From: Trichosphaerium sp. ATCC 40318
Taxonomy: Eukaryota > Protista > Tubulinea
Length of the DNA stretch: 64,000 bases
Reading direction: 5' to 3'
Assembly: GCA_038496445.1 (NCBI GenBank)
Contig: JALMLS010000520.1
Span: 186,001 to 250,000, forward strand
The position numbers were made by a program, and so were the translations under genes. Below are positions 25,663 through 37,602 of this stretch, piece by piece; position 1 is the stretch's first letter, and every line of letters starts with the position of its first letter. The notes beneath the pieces are model-generated. The model was given only the letters and a program-made list of their open reading frames with translations, searched no databases and was not told the origin of the DNA.

Positions 25663-28600
25663 CTACTTCATGTTACTCTCAAGACTAGCAATTCTAGCTA
25701 ATAGTTTCATATTTTCTTCTTCTAGTTTAGCGATTCTATCAAGGTGCATGGCATTGCTTTTCTTCGTTTTGGCATTATCTTTCTGCAGTGTAGCATTTTT
25801 TTTCTCAAGTATTTTGTTGGCTTGTTTCAACTCCTTCAGTTTGGCGTTTGATTCCTTAGAGATGATGTTTTCTTCCTTCATCTTTGAAACTTTTACTTTT
25901 AATGACTGATTTTGTATGCTTGGTTGGTCAACCTTGTTCAAAGTTGCCGCTGCCCATAATTGTCTTTTGCAGTATTAGTACAATCACTGATTTGTTTATA
26001 TTCTTACCGTTTGGTTTTAGACTGATCATCTTCATCAGACAACTCATCCGACAATGAACCAATGCTTTCTGATTTTGAAATATCCTTCGATTTACTCAAT
26101 GCCATTTTCGCGTCTTCTAATGGGGTTTTGTTTGATTTTTGCTTTTTTTTGGTACTTTTTTTAATCAATCTCCGTTGTTTTGGTTTCTTTACAACTTTAA
26201 TAACATAGCGTGCAACTGCTTGAACATCTAAATAAAAATATAAGAATCTTATTTGAGAGATCTTTAACATGGCACCTTGAGCGACAACCAACTCATCACG
26301 TGAATAGCTATCAACATTTTCTTTCACTGCTTCTCCATTGTTGTTCACCACTGCATAATGACTTTGGTATCCAGGTTTAATAGGTTTACCCACAAGGTTG
26401 TCGCTGTCTATAGGGTTTTCCGTTACCTACAGTACTATTAACAACGTCATCACATTTAAAGTTGTGCGTACAGGATACACATTCCCAGGAGTAACCAAAC
26501 TCAGAATAAGTGTTTTTTCAGTTTTTGATGGGTCATAAGCGCAAGCGTATGTGATACTACTCTATTGTATAACTGTTAAAAAGGACTTGAAAGTAGTTGA
26601 TTGCGTACTGTAAAGTAGATTCCTTGTCCATAATATCCAGCATCCAATGAACTTACAGTTCCAAATCCAGCTTTTACAATACTTGCAGCTGCTTCAGGTG
26701 TTGTCCCATGAACCATTAGTAGTACCGGTAACTTAATAGACTAGTCAATTAACAAAGAGGTGTTACATGAATAAACATTACCTGTTCCGAATTGATTGTC
26801 TTATTGTTCAGAGATGAAAACTTCTTGGCAATACTGGCTTTTTTGGAATTCTTTTTCCACTCGTCTTTACAAAATAAAGTAGGCAGCTCCCTACAACGTA
26901 GTTAGTATTAAATGGAAAGTACATGTGAACATACTGGTGCCTGTGTTTAAGTATTGTATTGTACATGCCAAAGTTTCGTGTCAATACATCATTGCAAACA
27001 AGATGTGCTGATACAACACTCACTTGATCATATCCATGCATTTTTGACATTTGTTCATGAAGAAACGCTAGTTCTCTCTTCTCAACAGTACCATTGTTGT
27101 CGAAAAGGTCTAACGTTCTGTAATGCGTTGCTTTTTTAATGGTACCCCTACAAGTATGTTAAACGAGCAACAGGACACAAAAGCCGAGTACTTGTTGTTT
27201 GACCTATCCCAGTTTTGTGCATACTCCAATCTTGAGTTCAAGTTCCATGACGTCTTACTTTGTAATCCTAACAGGGATTAGTCAACATTTCGTCTTGAAA
27301 TCAAGGAGTACTGGTACCTGCTTCAACATCATTTAATGTTTGATTCGGGGAGATAGGATGAATAGCATACTTGTTACAGTCACATTTAGAAGAACGATTA
27401 AGTTTTACCTTGTACGTGTAAGATGAAAAACGTGTATGTTTGATTGATGTACATGTTTAGTATCAGGTTGCCGAGCGCAATAGCTACATAGGAATTTCTT
27501 AAACTGTCCGCCTATAAATATATCAGTATTTGTATTTTTAAAACATTACACGTGTTTTAGTACTAAAGAAATATACAGACCTATGTTTTTTTCCAAAGAG
27601 TTTATACACCATTCTTGTGCACACAGTCGATCAAGATCAGTAATACCAGTTTGTTTATTAGTAGTCCACATGCCTTCTGGTAAATCAAACAAAATACCTT
27701 CCATCAAGTCTCCTTGCTGAATCCAAAAGCTCTAAATACTCGCTTAGTTTTGAATATTGAATAAACTGTGAAAAAAGCGTACCGGAGCTTGGACAAATAT
27801 GCGATTGTAAGTACAAATCAAGTTACAAATACCTTTCTTCATTGACAGTTGAAAATAAGAACGTGTAGGCTTTTTGTAAGATTAGGTGGACACTTCAATG
27901 ACTGAACAGCGTACCAAATATTGTAACCACTTTGCAAGGTTGCATCTCCATTGTGGATTGCGTTTCATGTGAGCACATGATAGCCATATTGATCGGCTTT
28001 CTTGTTGATCATTTGGAAAGTGCAGCAAGAGAGTTTCAAACACCCTGATATAAGCAGGATCATTATCAACAACGTTCATGAATATGGTTTTAAAACCAAA
28101 CGTCTGTTTGCTCATAGTTCGTGAAACGACATTACTTTCATTGGATAATATGAGGAAAATAGAAGGTTTTTCAAGTTGCGCTAGCAACATGTTAATATAA
28201 TTGTTCGAGGCGAAGATGGCTTTACCAGAGTAAAGCAAAGGCGTCCATCCTTTGTTATCAACAGCTTCTATACTTGCGTTTGATGCAATTAGCTGTTCAA
28301 CAGATTTGCTGTGTCCATATATAGCTAGCACGTGTTAGAAATAAAACTAGTTGTAAGACCTACCAGCTAGATGTAAAGGTGTACGTCCGTCGCTGTTTAC
28401 AGATTCAATATTTGCCCGTGAGTTAATCAATAATTTAACAACATCAGTGTACCCATAACGTGCTGATAAACGTGAGTTACATTGCGATTTGTATGTTAAG
28501 TAATACCTGCATTGTGTAGAGCTGTCCAGCTTTCATTATTTATGGCATCAACACTCACTCCGGATTTGATCAATAATCCAACAACATCACAGTGCCCACG

Positions 28601-29909
28601 ACGTGCTGAGAATTATGAGTTATACATCAGAATTTAGAATATCAAGGTACGTACCTGAAACATGTAAAGCTGTCCACCCTTCGCTATCTACAGCGTGAAC
28701 ATCTGCATTTGCTTTGATCAACAATGCAACGATATCAGCGTGTCCAAGACACGCTACGGGTGAATTACATTTATAGTACGTCCACTAAAAGTACATACCT
28801 GCTTTGTGTAACGCTGTCCATTTATCTGCATCTACAGTATCGAGGTTCGCATTTGCTTGGACCAATTTCGCAATGACATTGGCATGTCCATGATGTGCTA
28901 AAAAGTGATGTAGGTACAAATTAACATCGGAAATCATACCTGCTTTGTGAAGTGCTGTGCACTTTTTATTGTCAGCAACATTAATATTTACATTCGCTTT
29001 GAGCAATAGCGCAACAATCTTAGTGTAACCCTGAGATGCTAAAATGTGTCAAATAGCAAAGATGTAGAAGAAAACCCGTACCTGCGTTGTGTAAAGCAGT
29101 ACATTTATGATTATCAGCAGAATGAATGTTCGCTCCTCCCTCGATTAATGATGCAACGACATTGGCATGTCCATGTTGTGCTAACACGTAAGTTATACTG
29201 TAGTCCACAACAACAACGTACCTGCGATATGCAAGGCTGTACACCCTTCTGTATCTGCGGTATCTAAGTTTACATTTCCTTGAATCAATAACGCAACAAT
29301 GTCAGTTTGTCCATGACGTGCTAAGAAGTATGAGTTACTTACATTGTATACAGTTGACAATAACATGCCTGCTTTATGTAAAGCTGTCCATTTTTCTTTA
29401 TCTACGGCATCAATATCCGCACTTGATTCAATCAATAATTCAACAATATCCGTTTGTCCGTGACGCGCTGAGAAGTGTGAGGAGGTACGCAAATACCACG
29501 ATAATGTACCTGCAAGATGTAACGCTGTACACCCTTGTGTATTTGTAGCTTCAATATTTGCGCCAGCTTGTAAACACATTGATAAAATATTATGCATGCC
29601 GCCACGTGCTAAATTGGGTTGATACACATTAACCTCCAATAGTATTTTGTACAAACCTGAATACAGTAAAATATCATTGGCTGTCTCGTGTTTACTTAGC
29701 TTCTTCTTGAGTTTGTTGACTAATAAATTTTAAGATATTACAAAGTTATCTCATATTAACAGTACCTGTTGTAATATTCTTGTACAAGTGACGTTTTTGT
29801 AGTTTTATTATTTCAGCTACGAAATTAAAGTTAGATCTTTGCACGTGCGATAACAAACTTGTTTAACACCTTTTATTGTTCGCGGTTTTTCTTCGTCACG
29901 ATTTGACAT
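25663..29909 (-). CDS. ankyrin-repeat PARP-family ADP-ribosyltransferase, copy 2 (10 ankyrin exons)
   Basis: Tandem paralog of 21549-24982; HGT at 26702-26710, GIYFT, RDELVV (E at 26292); ten 33-aa ankyrin exons between about 28230 and 29610. Confidence 0.88.
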
Positions 29910-30406
29910 TTCTGTTGCGGTCACGCAAGTTGATGATAAAAAATATTAAGCTTCACATTCTATTAACAAATTGTGAGGTCAAAACACTTTGAAAAATGAC
30001 GGCATTGAGTACTATGAGTGGCGAAATACTACAGCTTCACGTGTAGCACCAATATCAACACGTGTATTTCCGACTGAAACAACTGCCAGTACATCGATTA
30101 CTTTTTAACCACGTGACAACAGTAGTAGGTGTTTATGTTTACGAGTGACGCTGCAAGAGCAGTGTAATTGCAGAAGAAAAATCGCAATACCTACGTCGCA
30201 ATTCCCTCTGACAAGATATCGCTTGTACCAGTGAGAAACGACTCGGTTTACCATGCCTCTCGGAACCAGTTCATGTACTCAATCCTCCTTTGCTACTTTA
30301 GGAGCGGCCATAAAGCTGTACACCACTTTGAGTACGTGACCGAGACATAGCGTAGTCAAAATGGAGTCAATTTCAAAGCAAATCACGTAGTACTGCTATC
30401 TCAACC

Positions 30407-31461
30407 ATGCTTCTTCGATTGAACGCTCGTGCCGCTATCAGACCAACTACAAGCTATGCTCAAGGTAATTAGAGTCTTATTCGCTGTATAATGATTTATT
30501 GCAGATATAAAGCGTGTACAAGTGCGCAGCTACAATTTTAGCGCCGTTTTGCGCAATGAAGGCGAAACTGAATCAAAGGCAAGAAAACCGTCTATAACCA
30601 CTCCAACAGCTTCTTTATATTTTACAAAGCCAGTAGACTCCTTCAAACAAAATAACGTATTTGTAGGTCCACCCTTCCATGATTGACCCAAACACTCAAA
30701 GATTCGTCGCACAAAGAGCACTAGACGCCAGATCAAGAGTACGCTTTGTCATAACTTTACACTCTAGCGCTGGTTTTACCTCTAATACTTGCTTGTCCAG
30801 TGTGGATACCCTAATTGTCCAAACCCACGTATTGAAAAGAACACACTCCGCATTGGTGATAAATACGGTAGATTCCACGCCGGCGCGTACAAAATCAGAT
30901 GGTACGTTTCTCTTACAAGCCCTTACATACGCACCAAACAAAAAACACTCATTATTATCATTGCTTGCCTTTATACGCAAAAATACGGCTAAAACATGTC
31001 ACTCAAGCACCAGGATGCGCAATTCACGCTATTAAAAGTTTTTCCTTTGCATAAACCGTTTTTATTTTTCAGTTTGTTAGCGCAACTACCTCAACCGTGA
31101 AATATACAAAGAATTATTCACGTTGCTTGCAAAATGCTATTCTGCTTGAAAAAAAACAAAACAATTCTGACACAAAAGCTCGTTTGTCTTTCTTTGTACC
31201 AATTCTACCTTCGTTATGTTCATACAATATTATAGGTATAAACCGGACTGCAAGAAACTCATTTCAAAATTTGTAAAAGCAAGAAAACCAGAAAACATTA
31301 TCAAATCTGAAGATGATGTTGAGGGCTTTGACAAACTTAATGAAGAGGACCAAGCACTCGTAAGAGAACTCATCGATAACACTCAAGATGAGAGACAAAG
31401 AAGAGAAGAACGTATGCGTGCTATGCTCGGTGAAGATATGGATGATGATGAAGACGATTAG
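30407..31461 (+). CDS. stand-alone PARP-type zinc finger (zf-PARP) protein with presequence-like N-terminus and acidic tail
   Basis: Spliced: RFVAQRALDARSRCGYPNCPNPRIEKNTLRIG...RWYKPDC...DDVEGFDKLNEEDQALVRELI, matching the zf-PARP pattern. Upstream exons MLLRLNARAAIRPTTSYAQ... are inferred. Confidence 0.8.
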
Positions 31462-31671
31462 ATGTGTAATAAAGAGAAAAAAAAAATATAATAAGCGACA
31501 CATTCAGTTAAAAAACAAAAAACCATCAAAAAAAAAAGTTGTGTAAATCAGCCTGAGTTCACATGTTGAAACAGCCAATAAACAAGCTATGTACTACAGA
31601 GTATTAGAGTGCTTGTGACGTTACAATACTCGATTCTTTTAAGCAAATGAGTCACAAGTAAAAGAGCATCA

Positions 31672-32825
31672 CTACGCGTTTACATCGCCAAGCCAATACG
31701 TTTCTTCGGTCATAGCAGGATTTAGAAGGCGCTGACGGTTGAAAAACATTTTTATTTGGTTGAATAATTCTACAAAAGTGCTACATTTCACTTGTTACTC
31801 CTCGTCCTCGTACAGATTTAAACTATATATGTATACCAGTTATTTATTTAATATGCTGCTGTGCCAGCATTTCCTCTCTTTCTAATAGGGCGAACAATGT
31901 CATCCGATACAAATTCAACCTTGACAGGTTGAGACATGACGCGTCTAAACGATGTTAACACGAAGAATACAGGACAGAAAAAAGTAAAACATACTCCTCT
32001 TGAACTGTAACAACAGCTGGTACTGGTTCATCATTGTAAATAGGTTCTTGAGTTCCGAAGAAGCTATTAAGAGAAAAACAGTGAGAAAGGGACAATACAG
32101 CAAAGATCTTTTTTTTTATGGCTGCTGGGCCTTGAACGTACCTGTGTGTTAGGGCAGTGTGCATTCTTGAGCGAGTATGCACTGGTAGCTCGAATCTTTG
32201 AACATTTGCGTTTTTAACGACAGTAGATAAGATGTGTGGCATTTTGACAGTATTCGTTGTGGCAGTAGAGACAGCACTTGTAGGCGCAACATCATCTATT
32301 GGCGCAGCGACGGCGTTTGTAGGTACAATACTGCTTGTCGGTACATCTGTAGCTAATGAGGCTGAAGTAATGGCTTCGTAAACTTTTACTTCGTCAATGG
32401 GAACGCTCTATGGTAAGTATAAGCGCAAGAAACTAAAAGAAACAGAATTACGGCGGTTATTAGTTTTTAACACTTTCCTTTTTGCTATCTACTTTTAATA
32501 GTGGCGTTGTCTTGTGGACAGTCTTGTATACTACTTCTGAATTGCTTTAAGAGACGTGAGTAGGAATGTTCATGTAATAAGTAACGAACCTTTTATTGGA
32601 GCGTACGTAAGAGTGTGCGTCTCTGAATTGTAATTGTAATTGTACATTGTACTCTTCTAATTCGTCCAATCCAAGAGAAATAGCAGCCGTAGCAAAAATA
32701 AAAGGTATGCTTCTATTAACAAAGTAGAGACCTGAGAGTAAGTGTTATTTTAGCTTTCGTTTGTTTTAAATAATCAAATTCTAACCTGAAAGCCTTGAAG
32801 CAGCACCACGAACTACAAGCGACAT
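31672..32825 (-). CDS. hypothetical multi-exon protein (Ala/Thr/Pro-rich middle)
   Basis: Consistent GT-AG exon chain from MSLVVRGAASRLSG; no recognisable domain; 3' end uncertain. Confidence 0.45.
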
Positions 32826-33534
32826 TCACGAACAGTGGTAACTTATTTTGTTATTTATTGCTATCTCCTTTAAATATATGTGCGCGAAGTGAGTAGTACG
32901 ACGCTTGTTTACACTTGATTATAATAATGCTCTAAAAAGCGCAAGAAAACGGATTTCGCAAATCGGAGAAAATACTGCGTAAAAAACTTTTTGTTGTGTT
33001 TGTGGCAATGATCATTTATTACTCACAGAACGGAGGCACATTTAAACCCAATGTGGCGCATTTTGAGATGCTGGCAAATTGGTTCTAACCCTGTCATCAC
33101 CTTGTACAGTGATGTATGACATAACCAGCAAACTGCGCTAACACTGTATCTTGAGCATCAATAGAGACCGACCATCTTGTCGTAGCTTTTTAAATCTGGC
33201 AAGTCCTAAAAACCATCGCATCGCCCACGTTTCTTATATGGAGCAACTAGTGCTCGCCCTCAGTAAAGTAAAGTACTGTTGTGGTAGTGTTGTTTTTATG
33301 TTGAGATCCTCAAGGCGCTGAGTGAGCTAGCTGTTGTCTATTCTTTCTTGTAGTTACAATTAAACGTGTTTTTTGGACCCTCATGCGATTAAACAGAGCC
33401 ACGAAGTGTCTAGAACCATATCAGCAAGTGTTATAATGGAGTTCAGTAGTTCTATGAAACATTGAGGTAAACACCAACGATGTTTGTTTATAACTATGAA
33501 AAGCAGCGTACTGTATGTATAAATGGCCTTCATA

Positions 33535-33656
33535 GAGCCCAGCTCTATCATTAATAGAGGACCTTACCTGAGGGCAACTTAGGAAGTAATCACATCACTT
33601 CGTCTTGCAGTGACCTTACGGGCTTACAAAGTGTAAGGTTGCGAGAACATGGAAGT
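33535..33656 (+). ncRNA. candidate structured non-coding RNA
   Basis: Three consecutive hairpins (33543-33559, 33564-33589, 33597-33656) just downstream of TATAAAT at about 33518. Family not recognised. Confidence 0.25.
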
Positions 33657-34256
33657 TTCAAAAAAATATGCTTATTTACCTGAAGTTTATGACGTATGTC
33701 AATCGCCAAAAGCACTTGTGGGGCGCACCCATTGACTCACAACGCGTGATGTATGCGCAAGCGAATCGGTGCGTCTACTGCCCGTTCACCAACGTGCGCA
33801 ATCATGGCGAGTTTTTGAAGCCATCTCAACGGGTTAGTGACTGCGTTGCCTTGCTTATCAATAGCGGCTTGTTTACGCTGTCCGATTGGATCACAGTGTC
33901 AGCGTACAATTAATTGGTTACTATCACCTACGGTACCGTAGTAGCTCTACACCGTAAAAGAGGCGCAAAAGCGGTTGTTTGAGTAATGTTAACAATTACT
34001 GCCAAATGTACTGCATTGTGTCGCGTTGTCTAGTAACTGAGTAGCAGCGCTTATTTTCAACGCTTGATGCCATGTTAACATCTAAACCTCAGAAAATAGC
34101 GCTTTGAGTATACGTCTGCGCAACGTTACTAATCCAACACAAATAGGACGCACTCACCAAAGATATGCAGGTATTACTTATTTTGACTAACTGTTTTTTG
34201 CGGCGTTTTTCTCGGACTGTACATTCTAACCTAGTCTTAGACAAGCTACAACAACA

Positions 34257-35235
34257 ATGGTATCCCTCTTTTACCTTTTCCCAATACCCCATTAGCGCAA
34301 ATTCGCTCATTTATACTGTTTCCTGCCCGATTTCCGATGTTTTTAGCCACTCACACACATCTAGGGTAGAACAGGTAAAGCCGCACCAAAAGCAAACCCA
34401 CACGCCCGTAAAAAGGTTCCAAAGCGTCTTAAACTTCGACGTGGAAAATCCCACGGTGGTGGTCGTATCGGTATGTATTAATGCGAATTACGTGCGATAC
34501 GATGTATTTACAAGCTCAATAGGTAAAAACAGACGTCACCCTGGTGGTCGTGGTATGGCTGGTGGTCAACACCACTTGAGAACATGGGTGGACAAATAGT
34601 AAGTGATCTAGATGCTTGTTACGCAATTATTCTCGATTTTTTGTTTTTCTTGTATCAAAGTCGTTAGCGCGAAATTATGCATGGCCGTATCTAAACGCTG
34701 CTTAGCCATCCAGGTTACTTCGGTAAATTGGGTATGCGTAACTTCCACTGGAGAAAGAACACCAAATTTGCTCCAAGTGTCAACATAAACCAACTGTGGA
34801 ACAAATACGGTATGGAAAAGATGGAGGCTTTGTACACAGAAAACAAAGGCAAACCTGTCGCTGAACAAAAAGCCGCTATCATTGATGTTACACAATGGGT
34901 AAGCTCGTTTTTAAATACTAGAAAATAGAAAACAAGAGTGATAGAGCGCAAACAACGAAGCAATTTAAAAAAAAAACGACAAAAAAGCCTAAACGCTTCG
35001 TATTTGTTTTCTTTCTTTACTCGCCTCTACAAAATTTTATTTGTATAATTTTGACGCTGTCCGCACGATAAATAATATAGTTTCTTTATTGACGCGTTTA
35101 TTGTAGGGATACGCCAAAGTTACTGGTACTGGATCTCTCCCAGATGTCCCTATGATAGTTCTTGCCAAAGATTTCTCTGAAGGCGCTGTCCGCAAGATCA
35201 AAGAAAAAGGTGGTGCTTGTCTGCTTACCTGCTAA
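34257..35235 (+). CDS. RPL27A: 60S ribosomal protein L27a (uL15)
   Basis: [23 protein letters not shown]...[14 protein letters not shown]...[16 protein letters not shown]...[13 protein letters not shown]; first exon is the ATG alone. Confidence 0.95.
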
Positions 35236-35430
35236 TTTTTTTTGATTTCAAAATCAAACTTGTGAAAATAAAAAAAATCCACTACAAACCGCCGTAATGT
35301 AAATATTGTAAATGATTCATACAGAGAACTTGTGTCATGAAATGAAAGAATTTGTTTGAAAACGAAGAAATCGGACAAAAATCCGCGCGTCATTGTTTGG
35401 CGTTGACATTTGTACCTGTCAATTATTGTA

Positions 35431-37276
35431 ATGAGTCATTTGAATACTGCTCTTAGGTCGTGGGAGCCTGACAAGTCCTGGAAGCGATTGTATTCTCTTG
35501 GTTGGCACTAATTAGCTTCTATTGGTTGTTAATGTAATCTACAGACGTACACACAGAAGGAGAACCGCTGCGCATCATTTTTTTGGATGAAGAGTTGCCT
35601 GGAGATGGAATTCTCGATAAACGTCGCTACATGACTGAAAATATGGACTGGATACGTAAAGTAAACGTTTTTATTAGACACTGTCGTTTTACGCTAATTA
35701 CCTTAATAGGCCCTAATGAGAGAGCCTAGAGGTCACACAGGTACGCGAAACGCTATAGAAATCATTTAAATACAAAACAACAGTGAGATAAGCGCACATT
35801 TTGACAAAACTGAAAATTTTTTCTGTTCTTTTGTTGTCGGCTCAGCTTACAATTTCGCTACAAAGATATGTATGGCGCAATTATTACTGCTCCTGAAAAG
35901 AAAGATAGCGATTTTGGAGTGTTGTTTATGCACAACGAGTACGTCATTTTGGTTTGTCTTCAAAACTCTTTTTCTTTCCTCTGACACGTTACTAATTAAA
36001 GAGGCTATTCGACAATGTGTGGGCATGGGATAATAGGTACTATTTTAGTGCAAATCACGTGTTTTGCCGTTTTACTATGAATAGAACGTCACGTCTAAAG
36101 ATGTTCATCTAATTCTGATTTTCTTTTTATTAGCGTTGGTGTACACTCTCGTCACTACAGGTGTGTATCCTATTACGAAGAAATCTTTCAAGATTGATTC
36201 TCCTGCTGGTACCTTGTTACAATACAGAGTGGTTTATCAGTACTAAAGTGTTTACTACAGGTCTCATTAAAGCAGAATCCGTTGTTGAGGAAAGTAAAGT
36301 GACACGCGTCAAGTTTAAGAATGTACCTTCGTTTGTGTTCAAACCAAAATGCACTATTAAACCTCCTGTGGTATGTACTGAAATGTTATTTACAGTAATA
36401 GTTTGTTGCTGAAATATCTTTCATGTTGTTGAAAATATTGTTTCGTGTTTTTTTCTTATTTTGGATGTTATCTTCTAATGTTAACTAGGAATTTGGTACT
36501 GATGAACTGAGTTTTGATATCGTTTTTGGAGGAGCTTTCTATGCCTATGTTGATGTAACACCTCTCGGTTTGAGCCTAACACCTGAAAACGCAAGAAAAC
36601 TCTCAAGGTTAGGGTTTTCGCTTAAAAAACAGATAATGGCGTCTGAGCCATTAAAACATCCTTATGAGGTATGTCTTATTCCGACAAGAGCATGTACAAT
36701 TTAACGCTAGCTTGCTAGGACGACCTGGCATTCCTTTATGGAGTGATATTTTATAATCGAGTGTCCGAAAACCGGTATCGAGAAGTATGCATTTTCGCTG
36801 ATGGTCAAGTTGACAGAAGTCCCTGTGGTACCTTTTTTTTGTTTGACAACAAGTGGAATATAGACACTGGATTTGCAAAAAAGTACAAAAAAAGCAGGCA
36901 GTTTTGTCTTGATGTGCTTCTTGTTTGTGTCGTTTTCTTTTCGATTGCAAAGATCCACGTGCTTTGTATTAAAGTATTTCTAGGTACTGGTGTTAGCGGC
37001 TTGGTCGCTTTGTTGTGGCATAGGGGAGTGATAAGTGAATCTCAATCAGTTGTTGTAGAGAGTATTTTAGGCGGTAGTTTTGAGGTACTTTTACATTCCA
37101 AAAACCAAAAACCTTCCGCTAAAAACATCAAAAAGGGAGTTGCTTGCTCTGAAACTACTTTTGGCGAATATAAGGCAATTATTCCTGAGATATCTGGCTG
37201 TGCTGGGATCGTGGGCAAGAACGAGTGGTTTGTAGATCCTAATGATTATCTCAACGGCGGGTTTCTGCTGCAATAA
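35431..37276 (+). CDS. proline racemase / hydroxyproline epimerase family enzyme (L3HYPDH-like clade, Cys/Cys)
   Basis: DVHTEGEPLRII, LMREPRGHTDMYGA, FMHNEGYSTMCGHG, FGGAFYA, DLAFLYG, DGQVDRSPCGTG, DPNDYLNGGFLL. Confidence 0.92.
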
Positions 37277-37337
37277 AAAAACAAAATACAAGTAGTGCTA
37301 AACAAGTCAAGTGGATAGGCGAATCAAAAAAGATATC

Positions 37338-37411
37338 TAGTTCCGTCCGGGTTCGAACCGGAGACCTTCTGCGTGTTAAGCAGATGTGATAACCAACTAC
37401 ACCACGGAACT
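37338..37411 (-). tRNA. tRNA-Val(AAC)
   Basis: Exact reverse complement of 37529-37602; poly-T terminator downstream. Confidence 0.95.
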
Positions 37412-37528
37412 AATTCATGTAACATAAAGCCAAATTTGACGTACCGATTCAAAAAGTTGGCAAATGAAAATTAAAGCTTTATTTAGACCAAATCGCACCA
37501 AGCAGATTTTGTTTTTGTAACATGAATT

Positions 37529-37602
37529 AGTTCCGTGGTGTAGTTGGTTATCACATCTGCTTAACACGCAGAAGGTCTCCGGTTCGAACCCGGACGGAAC
37601 TA
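37529..37602 (+). tRNA. tRNA-Val(AAC)
   Basis: Acceptor AGTTCCG/CGGAACT, anticodon arm TCTGC-TTAACAC-GCAGA, T-loop TTCGAAC, T7 terminator. Confidence 0.95.

Noticed and set aside
33560-33575. U1 snRNA (CCTTACCTG resembles ACTTACCTG)
   Set aside because: No U1-70K loop, U1A loop or Sm site recognisable.
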